Positions 16,423 through 25,516 of a stretch of 31,841 bases of DNA are shown here, piece after piece (within the stretch, counting starts at the first letter, position 1; each line of letters starts with the position of its first letter). Source of the DNA: Armatimonadia bacterium (lineage in GTDB: Bacteria > Armatimonadota > Zipacnadia > Zipacnadales > UBA11051); the NCBI GenBank assembly GCA_039683575.1, contig JBDKRC010000246.1, positions 1 through 31,841 of the forward strand, in the 5' to 3' direction. The notes beneath the pieces are model-generated. The model saw nothing but the letters and a program-made list of their open reading frames with translations. It made no database searches and was not told where the DNA came from. The position numbers and the translations under genes were made by a program.

Positions 16423-16893
16423 ATGGTTGCATATACCGACAGCCTTGGCATCAATAAGGGCGCAGTCGCCCTTGCTGGTTCCTACACCAACCGCCTATCG
16501 GTCATTGAGTACGATATCGACTTTCGTGCCATTGCCGCCGCCCGCACGGCAGCCGGTGCCACCGCACTGGCCGCTACCGACACGCTTGTGCTGGCGACCC
16601 TGCCGAAGGGCACGTACATCGTCGGCGGCAGCGTCCGCGTAATCCGCGCAGAAGGTGCCGCTGGCACCATCGACCTCGGCATTACCGGCACGCTGACCCT
16701 GTTCGGTGACGACATCAACTGCAATGCCGCCGCTGGCACCATGACCGGCACGACCACCGCTGCGTTCCTGACCGCTGACACCGCTCTGGTGATGACGGTC
16801 AACTCGAACAGCATGGACGTGGCCCGCGTGCTGCTGCGCGTCCTCGCAGTCGACATGGGTACTAACCCCGGTTCGATCCCCAACGTGACGTAA
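16423..16893 (+). CDS. capsid decoration/cement protein
   Basis: AAGGAG SD, directly after capsid; Ala/Thr-rich beta protein (LPKGTYIVGG...IDLG). Confidence 0.6.
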   Translation: MVAYTDSLGINKGAVALAGSYTNRLSVIEYDIDFRAIAAARTAAGATALAATDTLVLATLPKGTYIVGGSVRVIRAEGAAGTIDLGITGTLTLFGDDINCNAAAGTMTGTTTAAFLTADTALVMTVNSNSMDVARVLLRVLAVDMGTNPGSIPNVT

Positions 16894-16896
16894 CCT

Positions 16897-16918
16897 GATG
16901 GGGGCCGAAGCCCCCATC
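16897..16918. terminator. GC-rich hairpin after capsid/decoration genes (no U tract)
   Basis: GATGGGGGC-CGAA-GCCCCCATC. Confidence 0.55.
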
Positions 16919-16937
16919 CCCTCATAGGAGATCGAAC

Positions 16938-17306
16938 ATGGGTATGTATTCAGGCGTTGCGCGTGATAATGTCACCATCACCAGTGGCAACATCACCGTC
17001 CAGCGTTTCCGCAACACCAACAACTCGCCGGTCACGAAGACAGCTTCGTTCACCCTTGGTGCCGACGAGAACTTCGTTATCTGCAACGGCACGGGCTCTA
17101 TCACCGTGACGTTTCCGGCGGCGTCTACCGCTCCGGGCCGCGTGGTCTGGATCAAGACCATTGCCGCGCAGACGGTTGTGTCCGCGTCTTCCAACGTGGT
17201 TCCGGCCAACTCGGCCACCGCTGGCACGGCGATCCTCGCCGATACGGCTGGTGTCTGGGCCATGCTGGTAAGCAATGGGACGAACTGGGTCATCATGGCC
17301 AACTAA
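16938..17306 (+). CDS. small fibre-module protein
   Basis: TKTASFTL...ITVTFPAAS..GRVVWIK...LVSNGTNW, one phage fibre repeat unit; AGGAG SD. Confidence 0.7.
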   Translation: MGMYSGVARDNVTITSGNITVQRFRNTNNSPVTKTASFTLGADENFVICNGTGSITVTFPAASTAPGRVVWIKTIAAQTVVSASSNVVPANSATAGTAILADTAGVWAMLVSNGTNWVIMAN

Positions 17307-17307
17307 T

Positions 17308-17334
17308 GGCGGGGGCTTCGGCCCCCTCCTATTT
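17308..17334 (+). terminator. hairpin / weak intrinsic terminator
   Basis: GGGGGC-TTCG-GCCCCC followed by TCCTATTT. Confidence 0.55.
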
Positions 17335-17345
17335 GAGAGGTACAG

Positions 17346-18110
17346 ATGGCTACTGCGCTTACCGGGTCTCGTGTAAAAGACACGTACTCCCAGCTTCTGC
17401 ATGTTGACGGTGGCGTAGGTTCCGCCGAGAAGATCGTCCGCACGGGTACGGGCGCGGCCACCGCGCTGAGTGTAGGCACCAACTCCGTTGCCGTTGAGAA
17501 CATCCGGCTGGACGGCAACACCATTTCGACCATCAACGCGGACGGCGACCTGAACCTCACGCCCAACGGCACTGGCAAGGTTGTCATCGGCGCTGCACAG
17601 GTTACGGGCGGCACGGTTTCCGGCATCACTGATCTGGCCATCGCGGATGGCGGCACTGGCGCTTCGACCGCTGCGGACGCCCGCACCAATCTTGGCCTCG
17701 GCTCCATGGCCACGCAGAACGCTTCGACGGTGGCAATCACTGGCGGTTCCGTTCTTGCATCCACGGCTACCGGCTACGGCACAACGGGCGGCATCGGCGG
17801 CGGTGTCACACAGGATACGAGCAAGTCGACAACCGTGGTGTTGAACAAGCCCTGCGGCCAGATCACCATGCACAACGCCAGCCTTGCCGCTGGCGCGCGC
17901 GTGAGCTTCACACTGACAAACAGTTCAATTGCCGCTACCGATGTGGTAGTTGTGAATATATCCAGTGCTGCCACAGCGGACGCGTATGCACTTACCGTCA
18001 CAGCCGTTGCAGCGGGGTCGTGCCGTATCCAGCTTGCCAATCTCTCGGCCAGCCCTCTCGGTGAGGCATTGGTTTTGAACTTCGCCGTAATCAAAGCCAC
18101 TAACGCATAG
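17346..18110 (+). CDS. head or tail fibre-like protein
   Basis: LAIADGGTGASTAADARTNLGLG shaft motif; C-terminal VTQ.TSKST.V.LNKPCGQITM domain. Confidence 0.7.
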   Translation: MATALTGSRVKDTYSQLLHVDGGVGSAEKIVRTGTGAATALSVGTNSVAVENIRLDGNTISTINADGDLNLTPNGTGKVVIGAAQVTGGTVSGITDLAIADGGTGASTAADARTNLGLGSMATQNASTVAITGGSVLASTATGYGTTGGIGGGVTQDTSKSTTVVLNKPCGQITMHNASLAAGARVSFTLTNSSIAATDVVVVNISSAATADAYALTVTAVAAGSCRIQLANLSASPLGEALVLNFAVIKATNA

Positions 18111-18120
18111 GAGATGTAAT

Positions 18121-18732
18121 ATGGCTGGATCATCTACAAGGAACAAATCGGACGGTAGCGGGTATCAGCGCAACGAGAACGGCAAGTCCGATTTTTCGTC
18201 GCGCTCACGCACCAGCTTCGACAACGCGGTTAAGGCCAACCAGCGTATAAACAACTATACGCCCAAGGGCGACCGGGAGCAGAGCGTCAATCGCACCGGC
18301 AAGGGCAGCCGTCTGGCTGGTCCGCTGAGCGGCGCGCTAACGTCTTGGATGGGTTCTCAAAAACCGAAGGTCGCTGCTGCGCCCAAGCCCAAAGTAAAGC
18401 CCGTGGTTCCGGCTGTCCGCAAGCCGACCACGATCAATGTGCCGGGCGGCGGTCTGGCCACTGGCAAGAAAGCTTCGTCTGGCCCGATGTCGACCAAGCA
18501 GGCGCAGTCCATGAAGCCCGGCAACTACTCCAACAAGAGCGTGTCGATGGGCGGAAAGACCTACAACGGCTTCACCGTTGGCAGCCGCACGGACAGCAAG
18601 GGCCGCACCACCAAGTCGGTCGGCAACTGGACCTCTGCGCCGTCTCGCAACAGCGGCTCCACGGCGTCCAAGAGTGTGTCGTCCAGCCGCGCGTCGAACC
18701 CGGCCAACTCGCGCAACATGAAGAACTGGTAG
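18121..18732 (+). CDS. highly basic, low-complexity disordered protein
   Basis: AGGAG SD; Ser/Lys/Gly/Arg/Asn-rich with few acidic or hydrophobic residues. Confidence 0.75.
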   Translation: MAGSSTRNKSDGSGYQRNENGKSDFSSRSRTSFDNAVKANQRINNYTPKGDREQSVNRTGKGSRLAGPLSGALTSWMGSQKPKVAAAPKPKVKPVVPAVRKPTTINVPGGGLATGKKASSGPMSTKQAQSMKPGNYSNKSVSMGGKTYNGFTVGSRTDSKGRTTKSVGNWTSAPSRNSGSTASKSVSSSRASNPANSRNMKNW

Positions 18733-18741
18733 TATCTGGTT

Positions 18742-19014
18742 ATGAAAATGTGGCTCAAGCACACCGAAGATGGGTCGGTGTACGACTGGAACGAATACCT
18801 CGCCAAGCACCCCAAGCTGGTTGCCGTCAGCGACGAGGAGATGTTCCCCGAGAAGTACGCGCCGCCGCAGATTGTCGCCAAGATGGAGGCGATCAAGGCC
18901 AAGCGTACTGAACAGCTTGCGCTGTTCACCGACATCATCCCCGAAGAAGTTCCTCCGACCAACGAGGAACTGGATGCTGAGCTTACTGTCCGTACGAGGA
19001 AGCGTAACAAGTGA
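18742..19014 (+). CDS. hypothetical protein
   Basis: 90 aa, phage-like codons, GTGA-coupled to next gene. Confidence 0.7.
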   Translation: MKMWLKHTEDGSVYDWNEYLAKHPKLVAVSDEEMFPEKYAPPQIVAKMEAIKAKRTEQLALFTDIIPEEVPPTNEELDAELTVRTRKRNK

Positions 19015-19673
19015 CACCCGCCGATATCATAGCCGAGTGCCGCCGCCTGCTTAACGATACGGTCGAACCGTACCGCTACAGCACGACGATGTTGCTCGGC
19101 TATGTCAATCAGGCGCTGAAACGTACTGCCGTGCTTCGACCGGACCTGTTCGGGAAGGTGGTGGATATTGCCACCACCCCCAACTCGTCCATCCAAGACC
19201 TGCCTGCCGATGCCCATCGCCTGCTGGACATCTTTCAGATCAAGGACGGCACGACTGTCACCGAAACCGACCGCGAGACGCTGAGCCGCTACTCCCCTTC
19301 GTGGATGACGGAAACCGGCACGCCGGTCAACTTCATGCGCCACCCGCGCAACCCGACCAAGTTCTTTCTCTACCCCCGCCCCGGCAACGGCGTTGTCCTT
19401 GTCGGAGAATACGCATCCGCGCCCGCCGATGTCGCTGTCGATGCGGCGATCCTGCAACCAGCCGCCTCGTTCTTCGGCGCGCTGGTCGACTGCGTTATGT
19501 TCCTTGCCTCGTCGGTCGACGACGAGCATGTCAACAGCGGGCGGTCGAAAATCTTCCTCGACAGCTTTACGCAGCAGCTTGGCGTCTCGCTGGAGAACCG
19601 CCCGCTTACTGACACGAAGCAAGCCGGGCTCAGGCCCGGCGCTGGTCTGACCCCGCTCGGTGAGGTGTACTGA
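19011..19673 (+). CDS. head-tail adaptor / tail tubular A-like protein 1
   Basis: N-terminal helices (IIAECRRLLND...YVNQA), central FFLYPRP, C-terminal helices. Confidence 0.7.
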   Translation: MTPADIIAECRRLLNDTVEPYRYSTTMLLGYVNQALKRTAVLRPDLFGKVVDIATTPNSSIQDLPADAHRLLDIFQIKDGTTVTETDRETLSRYSPSWMTETGTPVNFMRHPRNPTKFFLYPRPGNGVVLVGEYASAPADVAVDAAILQPAASFFGALVDCVMFLASSVDDEHVNSGRSKIFLDSFTQQLGVSLENRPLTDTKQAGLRPGAGLTPLGEVY

Positions 19674-20443
19674 TGGCGTTGCGGATGTTCGACACTCTGG
19701 TGCCGCTGGTGCTTCCCTCGGTGCCGGGGGCACCCTACCCGCTGGTCCTCAAGTACATCCGCGAGGCCGCGATCCGCGCCTGCGAGACCACGCTGCTCTG
19801 GCGGCACGCCGAACCGCCGTTCGTTCTCCAGCCGGGCTCCTACGAGAATTTCTTCCGCAAGCCGATTGGCACCGTAGTTCACGTTGTGTTCCGGGCGTCC
19901 TGCAATGACCAGCCGCTGGCCCGCGTTTCGTTTGAGGATGCGCTGGATATGTATCCGGCATGGGCGCAGCGGTTCAACGGCCTGACACCGGACCAGCTTT
20001 GGGCGGGCACCGACCCCGACACGCTGAACGCCGAAGAGTTCAACGAGCAGCTTTTCAACGGTGACGCCGACATCAACCTGCCGCCGGAAGCGACCGAAGG
20101 TGGCGGCTCGCCGCGCATCTTCACCCAGATTAACCCCGACAAATATGTTGTGCTGCCGCTGCCCAACGATGAGCAGCCCTATACGCTGAAGCTGTTCTAC
20201 GCCCTCAAGCCCACCAAGGTGGCGACCGGGATGGACGAAACCATTCTCGACGAGCTTGAGGATGTCGTCATCCATGGTGCGTTGCAGCACCTTCTGGTCA
20301 TGCCCAAGGTTGTCTGGGGCGACCCGATGATGGCCAGCTACCATGCCAAGCAGTATCTCAAGACCGTCACCGAACGCCGCGCCCGCGCCAATCTGGGCAA
20401 CAGCCGCGCGACCCTGACGGTCCGCTTCAACGATTTCGCATAG
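19673..20443 (+). CDS. head-tail adaptor-like protein 2
   Basis: Same layout (YIREAAIRACE...VLPLP...YALKP...GALQHL); coupled to adaptor 1. Confidence 0.65.
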   Translation: MALRMFDTLVPLVLPSVPGAPYPLVLKYIREAAIRACETTLLWRHAEPPFVLQPGSYENFFRKPIGTVVHVVFRASCNDQPLARVSFEDALDMYPAWAQRFNGLTPDQLWAGTDPDTLNAEEFNEQLFNGDADINLPPEATEGGGSPRIFTQINPDKYVVLPLPNDEQPYTLKLFYALKPTKVATGMDETILDELEDVVIHGALQHLLVMPKVVWGDPMMASYHAKQYLKTVTERRARANLGNSRATLTVRFNDFA

Positions 20444-20452
20444 GGGGTCTAG

Positions 20453-21718
20453 GTGGGTATCGTCCTGTCAAACAACGCTGCCTCGCTACTGGCTGCGGAC
20501 ATCTCTGCCATCACTGGCACGATGACCATCACGCCCGGCGATGGCATCGAATTCCCCGACCCCAGTTCCGGTGATTACTTCTACTGCACGCTCATCGGCA
20601 CGGACGGCAGCATGGAGATTGTCAAGGTCACTGACCGGACGATTGACGTGTTCACCATCGTGCGCGCGCAGGAGAACACCACCGCCAAGGCGTTCCCCAC
20701 TGGAACGCTCGTTGAGCTTCGCGTCACGGCCCAGACCATTCTGGATGCCGTGGACACCGCCGTGGCGGATGTCACGCTGGATGACTTCGGTGTCACGGCG
20801 TCTTCCGCCGAGATCAACATCCTCGACGGGGCCACGCTCAGCACGGCGGAACTCAACATCCTCGACGGGGCCACGCTCAGCACGGCGGAACTCAATATCC
20901 TCGACGGCGTTGTGGCCTCTTCGTCGGACTTCAACAAGCTGGTGGGTCTGGTCGCCACGTCCTCCGAACTCAACAAGCTGGCCGGTACGACCGCGACCGT
21001 CTCGGACTTCAACAAGCTGGCGGCTGTCACCGCCTCGGCGTCTGAACTCAACAAGCTGGCCGGTGCCACACCGACGACTTCCGAGATCAACAAGCTGTCC
21101 GGCCTGACGGCTTCCACCGCCGAGCTTAACAAGCTGGCGGGCGTCACGGCTACGACGACCGAGATCAACTACCTGTCCGGCGTCACGTCCAACATCCAGA
21201 CGCAGATCAACAGCTTCGCCACGTTCCCTGCGGGGGCGATCATCCCCTACGCCGGTTCGGCGGCACCCACCGGCTGGGCCTTGTGCCAAGGGCAGGCAAT
21301 CAGCCGCACGACATTCGCCACCCTGTTCGCCGTTATCGGCACGACCTATGGTGCGGGCAACGGCTCCACCACGTTCAACGTGCCTGACCTGCGCGGACGC
21401 GTGGTGGCTGGTAAGGACGACATGGGCGGTGTCGCGGCCAATCGCCTGACCGGCACGTCCGGCGGCGTGACGGGCTCCACCCTTGGTGCATCCGGCGGCA
21501 CCGAGACGCACCTGCTTACCGTCACCGAAATCCCGGCGCACAGCCATGTGATCACCTATGACCGCGAGAGCCCGCAGGGCGGGTCCGGCGACAACGCCGC
21601 GTGGAACCTGCGGGCTACCGGCGGTGCCTACAGCGGCACGACGACTTCGGTCGGCGGCGGGGCCGCCCACAATAACGTCCAGCCCACGCTCATCATGAAC
21701 TACATCATCAAGACATGA
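20453..21718 (+). CDS. tail fibre protein with anchor, 13-aa repeat shaft and tail-collar domain
   Basis: Collar motif PAGAIIPYAGSAAPTGWALCQGQAISRTTFATLFAVIGTTYG.G.GSTTFNVPDLRGR, HSH, HNNVQP tip. Confidence 0.9.
   Translation: MGIVLSNNAASLLAADISAITGTMTITPGDGIEFPDPSSGDYFYCTLIGTDGSMEIVKVTDRTIDVFTIVRAQENTTAKAFPTGTLVELRVTAQTILDAVDTAVADVTLDDFGVTASSAEINILDGATLSTAELNILDGATLSTAELNILDGVVASSSDFNKLVGLVATSSELNKLAGTTATVSDFNKLAAVTASASELNKLAGATPTTSEINKLSGLTASTAELNKLAGVTATTTEINYLSGVTSNIQTQINSFATFPAGAIIPYAGSAAPTGWALCQGQAISRTTFATLFAVIGTTYGAGNGSTTFNVPDLRGRVVAGKDDMGGVAANRLTGTSGGVTGSTLGASGGTETHLLTVTEIPAHSHVITYDRESPQGGSGDNAAWNLRATGGAYSGTTTSVGGGAAHNNVQPTLIMNYIIKT
20791..21182 (+). repeat. ten tandem 39 bp (13 aa) repeats; two exact copies at 20814-20891
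   Basis: Units like ATLSTAELNILDG / VTASASELNKLAG. Confidence 0.85.
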
Positions 21719-24354
21719 CCGCGATAAAGATCACCAAGTTTCTCGGCACGGCCCCGCGCAACAGCCCGGAGCTTCTGTCGGAAACGTCTGCGCAGGTTGC
21801 TCGCAATGCCAAGCTGTATTCGGGCGACCTGATCCCGTATCCGCAGCCGGTCATCATTGGCAACACCAAGCGCACCGGCACGCTTCAGACCCTGTACGGC
21901 TTGCGTGATCATGCCAGCGCGGAGATCGCGTGGCTGTCGTTCAACAACTACGTAAACATCGTCACGCCCGCGACCGACGAGCTTGAGGAGCAGCGGTTCT
22001 ATTATACCGGTGACGGCCAGCCCAAGGTCAGTACCTACGATCTGGCGGTCGGCTCCAGTTCCGGCCCCTACCCCGTGGATTATTACGAACTCGGACTGCC
22101 GCTGCCCAAGACCGTTCCGACCCCCACGCCGGTCAAGTTCACCGCAGCGGTGGCGCTTACCTATTCCCGCGATGCAGCAAACATCGTCACGCTCAAGACC
22201 GTCGAACGCCACAATCTGAAAGCCGGGTTCGTGGTGTCAATCTCGGGCTTCGCCTATCGCTATGGCACGTACAGCCGGTCCGGCACGACGATCACCGTCA
22301 CGATCAACGACCACGGCATCACCACTGGCGGCACCATCTTCCTTGAATTCTCGTCCGGCACGGCGACGACCAACAGCTATGTCGTGACTGCCACTGGCAC
22401 CAACACCTTCGTGGTGACGGACACCGTGAGCGGCGCGACCAGCGGCAACGTGAAGTGGGACATCCGCGACCTCAACACCATTGCCGAAGCGGCGGTCATC
22501 GACGACACCACGATCTCGTACTTCTCGCCCGGTCCGCAGGTTGCCGAAACGACCGTCACGAACACCGGCACCTACACGCAGACGGCCAGCGCCACCGCGA
22601 CGATCACCAGCACCAACCACAGGCTGGCAACCGGTGATCAGGTTTATCTGCGTTTTACATCGGGCACCGCGATCAGCGGCGTGTACACGGTAACTGTAAC
22701 CGGCACCAATACATTTACCGTCATCCTGACGGCCAGCGCGACCACGAGCGGCAGCGTCGAGATATTCACGGCGGTCGGCAGGGTTGACCTTGGCGACCAG
22801 CTTCAGGCGCGCACCTACCTCTACACTTGGTTTACCCCGTGGCGCGAAGAGAGCATCGGCTCCGAGCCGACCGAACCGATCTACGTGCGCGAAGGCCAGA
22901 TTGTCACGCTGTCGAACCTGCCGAACATCAAGCCGCTGGGCAAGAACAACATCGGCGGCATCCGCCTGTACCGCACGCTCGCCACCACATCGGGCAGCAA
23001 CTTCTTCCTGCTCAAGACCCTGTGGTTCCCGGCGGCTGTCGTTCAGGTCAGCCGCACCACCGGCGCGGTCAGCGTGACCATGGCGCAGTACCACAACCTG
23101 CGTGTCGATGACCGCATCAAGCTGGTGTGTTCGTCCGACCCCACGTTCGACGCCGTGGATGCCGTAGTGACCCGCGTGGTGAATGCCGACACGTTTGAGT
23201 TTGCCCAACCCGGCGATGACGTGGGGCCTGCGCCCGCCATCGGTTCCCTCTACTACGACATCTCCGAGAAGAAGACGCTTCCTGCCCGCTACTGGGGTGA
23301 CGGCGGCGACTTCACGTTTACGGACGACTTCAACTTCCGCAGCCTGCGCACCACGCTAAGCTCGACCGAATACGAGATGCCGCCGGAAAAGCTGCGTGGC
23401 CTGACCGTCATCCAGAACAACATCCTCGCGGGCTTCGTCGGCAACGACCTGTATTTCTCGGAGCCCGGCCAGTACCACGCATGGCCCAGCCAGTACCGCC
23501 GCTCGCTGGAATACGACATCGTGGCGCTCGCCACCTACAGCGGCCTGCTGCTGGTGCTGACCACGGGCTTCCCCTACCTCATCGAAGGTAGCTCGCCGTC
23601 CACGCTGATCCCGCAGAAGCTGCCGGTGATGTATCCGTGTGTCAACGCCAAGTCTGTCGTGCAGACAAGCTTCGGCATCGTGTGGTCTACGCATGATGGT
23701 CTTGCCGTGTTCAACGGCAACAGCGCCCAGCTTCTCACCAAGTCCGTCCACCACAGCGATACGTGGAATAGCTGCACGCGCCCGGCCAATCTCGTCGGCT
23801 CCGTGTTCAAGGAGAACTACATCGCGTCTTGCGGGCAGGCGTCACTTACGCTGGAGAGCGTGGAGAGCGGCAGCGAGACCGGCCTGTCGTTTGTCGACCT
23901 AGACTTCGCATTCACCGCCGCGTGGTTCGACAACATCGCCAACGCCCTGTATGTCGCCCTTGGCACCAATGGTGACGTGTACCGCATCGACGATCTGGCG
24001 CAGCCATCCATGACGATCCGCTGGCGGTCCAAGGTGTTCATCGCCCCCATGCCGGTCAATCTCGGCGCGGCCCGCATCGTGGCCGACTATGACGGCGAAA
24101 GCGAAAGCCCGCTGTGGGAAGACATCTCCGAGACGTGGGAGAACGCCGACTACCTCTGGAACGGCGGCTCCGCTATCACCTTCAACCTGTATGTGGACAA
24201 GAAGCTCATCTTCACGACCGAACGCACCGACAGCGGCATCTTCCGCCTGCCCGCCGGGTACAAAAGCGATACGTTTGAGGTTGAGGTATTGAGTGCCCTG
24301 CGGGTACGCGCTATTCATATCGGTGATACGCCAACATCTCTGGTGACTGTGTAA
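21715..24354 (+). CDS. tail nozzle / stabilisation protein (tail tubular B-like) with inserted beta domains
   Basis: 879 aa; YLYTWFTPWREES.GSEP, RLYRT, LYFSEPGQYHAWP, WRSKVF, FRLPAGYK. Confidence 0.8.
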   Translation: MTAIKITKFLGTAPRNSPELLSETSAQVARNAKLYSGDLIPYPQPVIIGNTKRTGTLQTLYGLRDHASAEIAWLSFNNYVNIVTPATDELEEQRFYYTGDGQPKVSTYDLAVGSSSGPYPVDYYELGLPLPKTVPTPTPVKFTAAVALTYSRDAANIVTLKTVERHNLKAGFVVSISGFAYRYGTYSRSGTTITVTINDHGITTGGTIFLEFSSGTATTNSYVVTATGTNTFVVTDTVSGATSGNVKWDIRDLNTIAEAAVIDDTTISYFSPGPQVAETTVTNTGTYTQTASATATITSTNHRLATGDQVYLRFTSGTAISGVYTVTVTGTNTFTVILTASATTSGSVEIFTAVGRVDLGDQLQARTYLYTWFTPWREESIGSEPTEPIYVREGQIVTLSNLPNIKPLGKNNIGGIRLYRTLATTSGSNFFLLKTLWFPAAVVQVSRTTGAVSVTMAQYHNLRVDDRIKLVCSSDPTFDAVDAVVTRVVNADTFEFAQPGDDVGPAPAIGSLYYDISEKKTLPARYWGDGGDFTFTDDFNFRSLRTTLSSTEYEMPPEKLRGLTVIQNNILAGFVGNDLYFSEPGQYHAWPSQYRRSLEYDIVALATYSGLLLVLTTGFPYLIEGSSPSTLIPQKLPVMYPCVNAKSVVQTSFGIVWSTHDGLAVFNGNSAQLLTKSVHHSDTWNSCTRPANLVGSVFKENYIASCGQASLTLESVESGSETGLSFVDLDFAFTAAWFDNIANALYVALGTNGDVYRIDDLAQPSMTIRWRSKVFIAPMPVNLGAARIVADYDGESESPLWEDISETWENADYLWNGGSAITFNLYVDKKLIFTTERTDSGIFRLPAGYKSDTFEVEVLSALRVRAIHIGDTPTSLVTV

Positions 24355-24701
24355 TGGCCCGGTTCGTCGGTATTCCGTCTATCCCATTCGGCATCGACCC
24401 GGCAGTGTCACGCACGCTGTATTCGCTGAAGGAGAACGTGGAGCTTCTGACCAACCAGCGGGGCGAGCCTGACCTTGCCAGCGCGGCGCTCCTGTCCGGC
24501 AGCATCTCCACCCCCACCGCTGTTGGCCGGTTCCAAGGCAGTTCGGCGCGCGGCACCAGTGTGGTGGTCAACGGCGTTGCCGTCCCAACTTCGGCGGATT
24601 ACGCACGCCTGCTACAAGATTTCAACACGCTCGCTATAGACGTGGCCAATCTCCGCGAAACAGTTAACCTGTTGATCGCACAGTTGAGGAGCCAGCAATG
24701 A
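24354..24701 (+). CDS. small tail-associated protein
   Basis: Coupled after nozzle; SLKENVELLTNQRG and C-terminal coiled coil. Confidence 0.65.
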   Translation: MARFVGIPSIPFGIDPAVSRTLYSLKENVELLTNQRGEPDLASAALLSGSISTPTAVGRFQGSSARGTSVVVNGVAVPTSADYARLLQDFNTLAIDVANLRETVNLLIAQLRSQQ

Positions 24702-25501
24702 ACGAAGTAACGCCCGGTCTTACCGGCCTTCTCAATATGAGTACGATCATGACACCTCCTGCGTCCATGGCCACGCAGGAGAACGTACCCAATGCAAGCG
24801 ACACCACGGCGCTGATGCCGTCCTATGCGTTGGGTGGCATGGTCGGTCCCGGCGGTGAGCCGATCCGACCGAATATCCCCGGCCTACCCGGCCTGTCCGG
24901 CCCCTCCAGCGGCGGCATGGGAGCGCAGCAGATGGAGCTTGAGGCACGCCGTTTTGTCCAGCAGAACCCGCAGCAAGCCGCTGAAATCCGTGAGACCGTC
25001 GAAGAAGCCTTGGCCGAAGGCGACATCACTATGGATCAGGTTAAAGTGCTTTCCAATATGGCGCGAGTGGCACTTCAGAACCCGGAGATGTACCCACAAC
25101 TCAAGCAAGCCATCCTCTCGCAAGGCATTCTTGAGCAGGACGAGCTACCGCCCGACTTCGATCAGGGGGTGATGTTCATCCTGCTGCTCATCGGGCAAGT
25201 TGTCCAAGCCCCGGCAGCGCCGGGGTTAGCTGCCGGGAGTGGAGATGGGAGTGGGCCTGCCGCCCCGCCTGCCTCTGTTCCCGGCAGCGCCCAGCCCTCT
25301 GGTGCCCCTATCCCGATGGAGGGCGGCATGCCGACCATGGCCACGGGTGGCTCACTTCCGGCGCAGAGCCCGAACCCTGACGGGTCCATTCCGATCAAGG
25401 CACACGAAGGGGAATATGTTATACCGTCCCATGTTGTGCGGGCCAAAGGGACGGACTTCTTTGACAAGCTGGTACAAACCTATACACAGCCGGAAGAATA
25501 G
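24698..25501 (+). CDS. putative internal virion/ejection-associated protein
   Basis: Pro/Gly/Met-rich; YALGGMV and MATGGSL motifs; C-terminal HEGEYVIPSHVV..KG.DFF. Confidence 0.6.
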   Translation: MNEVTPGLTGLLNMSTIMTPPASMATQENVPNASDTTALMPSYALGGMVGPGGEPIRPNIPGLPGLSGPSSGGMGAQQMELEARRFVQQNPQQAAEIRETVEEALAEGDITMDQVKVLSNMARVALQNPEMYPQLKQAILSQGILEQDELPPDFDQGVMFILLLIGQVVQAPAAPGLAAGSGDGSGPAAPPASVPGSAQPSGAPIPMEGGMPTMATGGSLPAQSPNPDGSIPIKAHEGEYVIPSHVVRAKGTDFFDKLVQTYTQPEE

Positions 25502-25516
25502 AGTAGGATTGCGACC

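Noticed and set aside
20791-21182. CRISPR-like array
   Set aside because: Repeats are contiguous in-frame coding units without spacers
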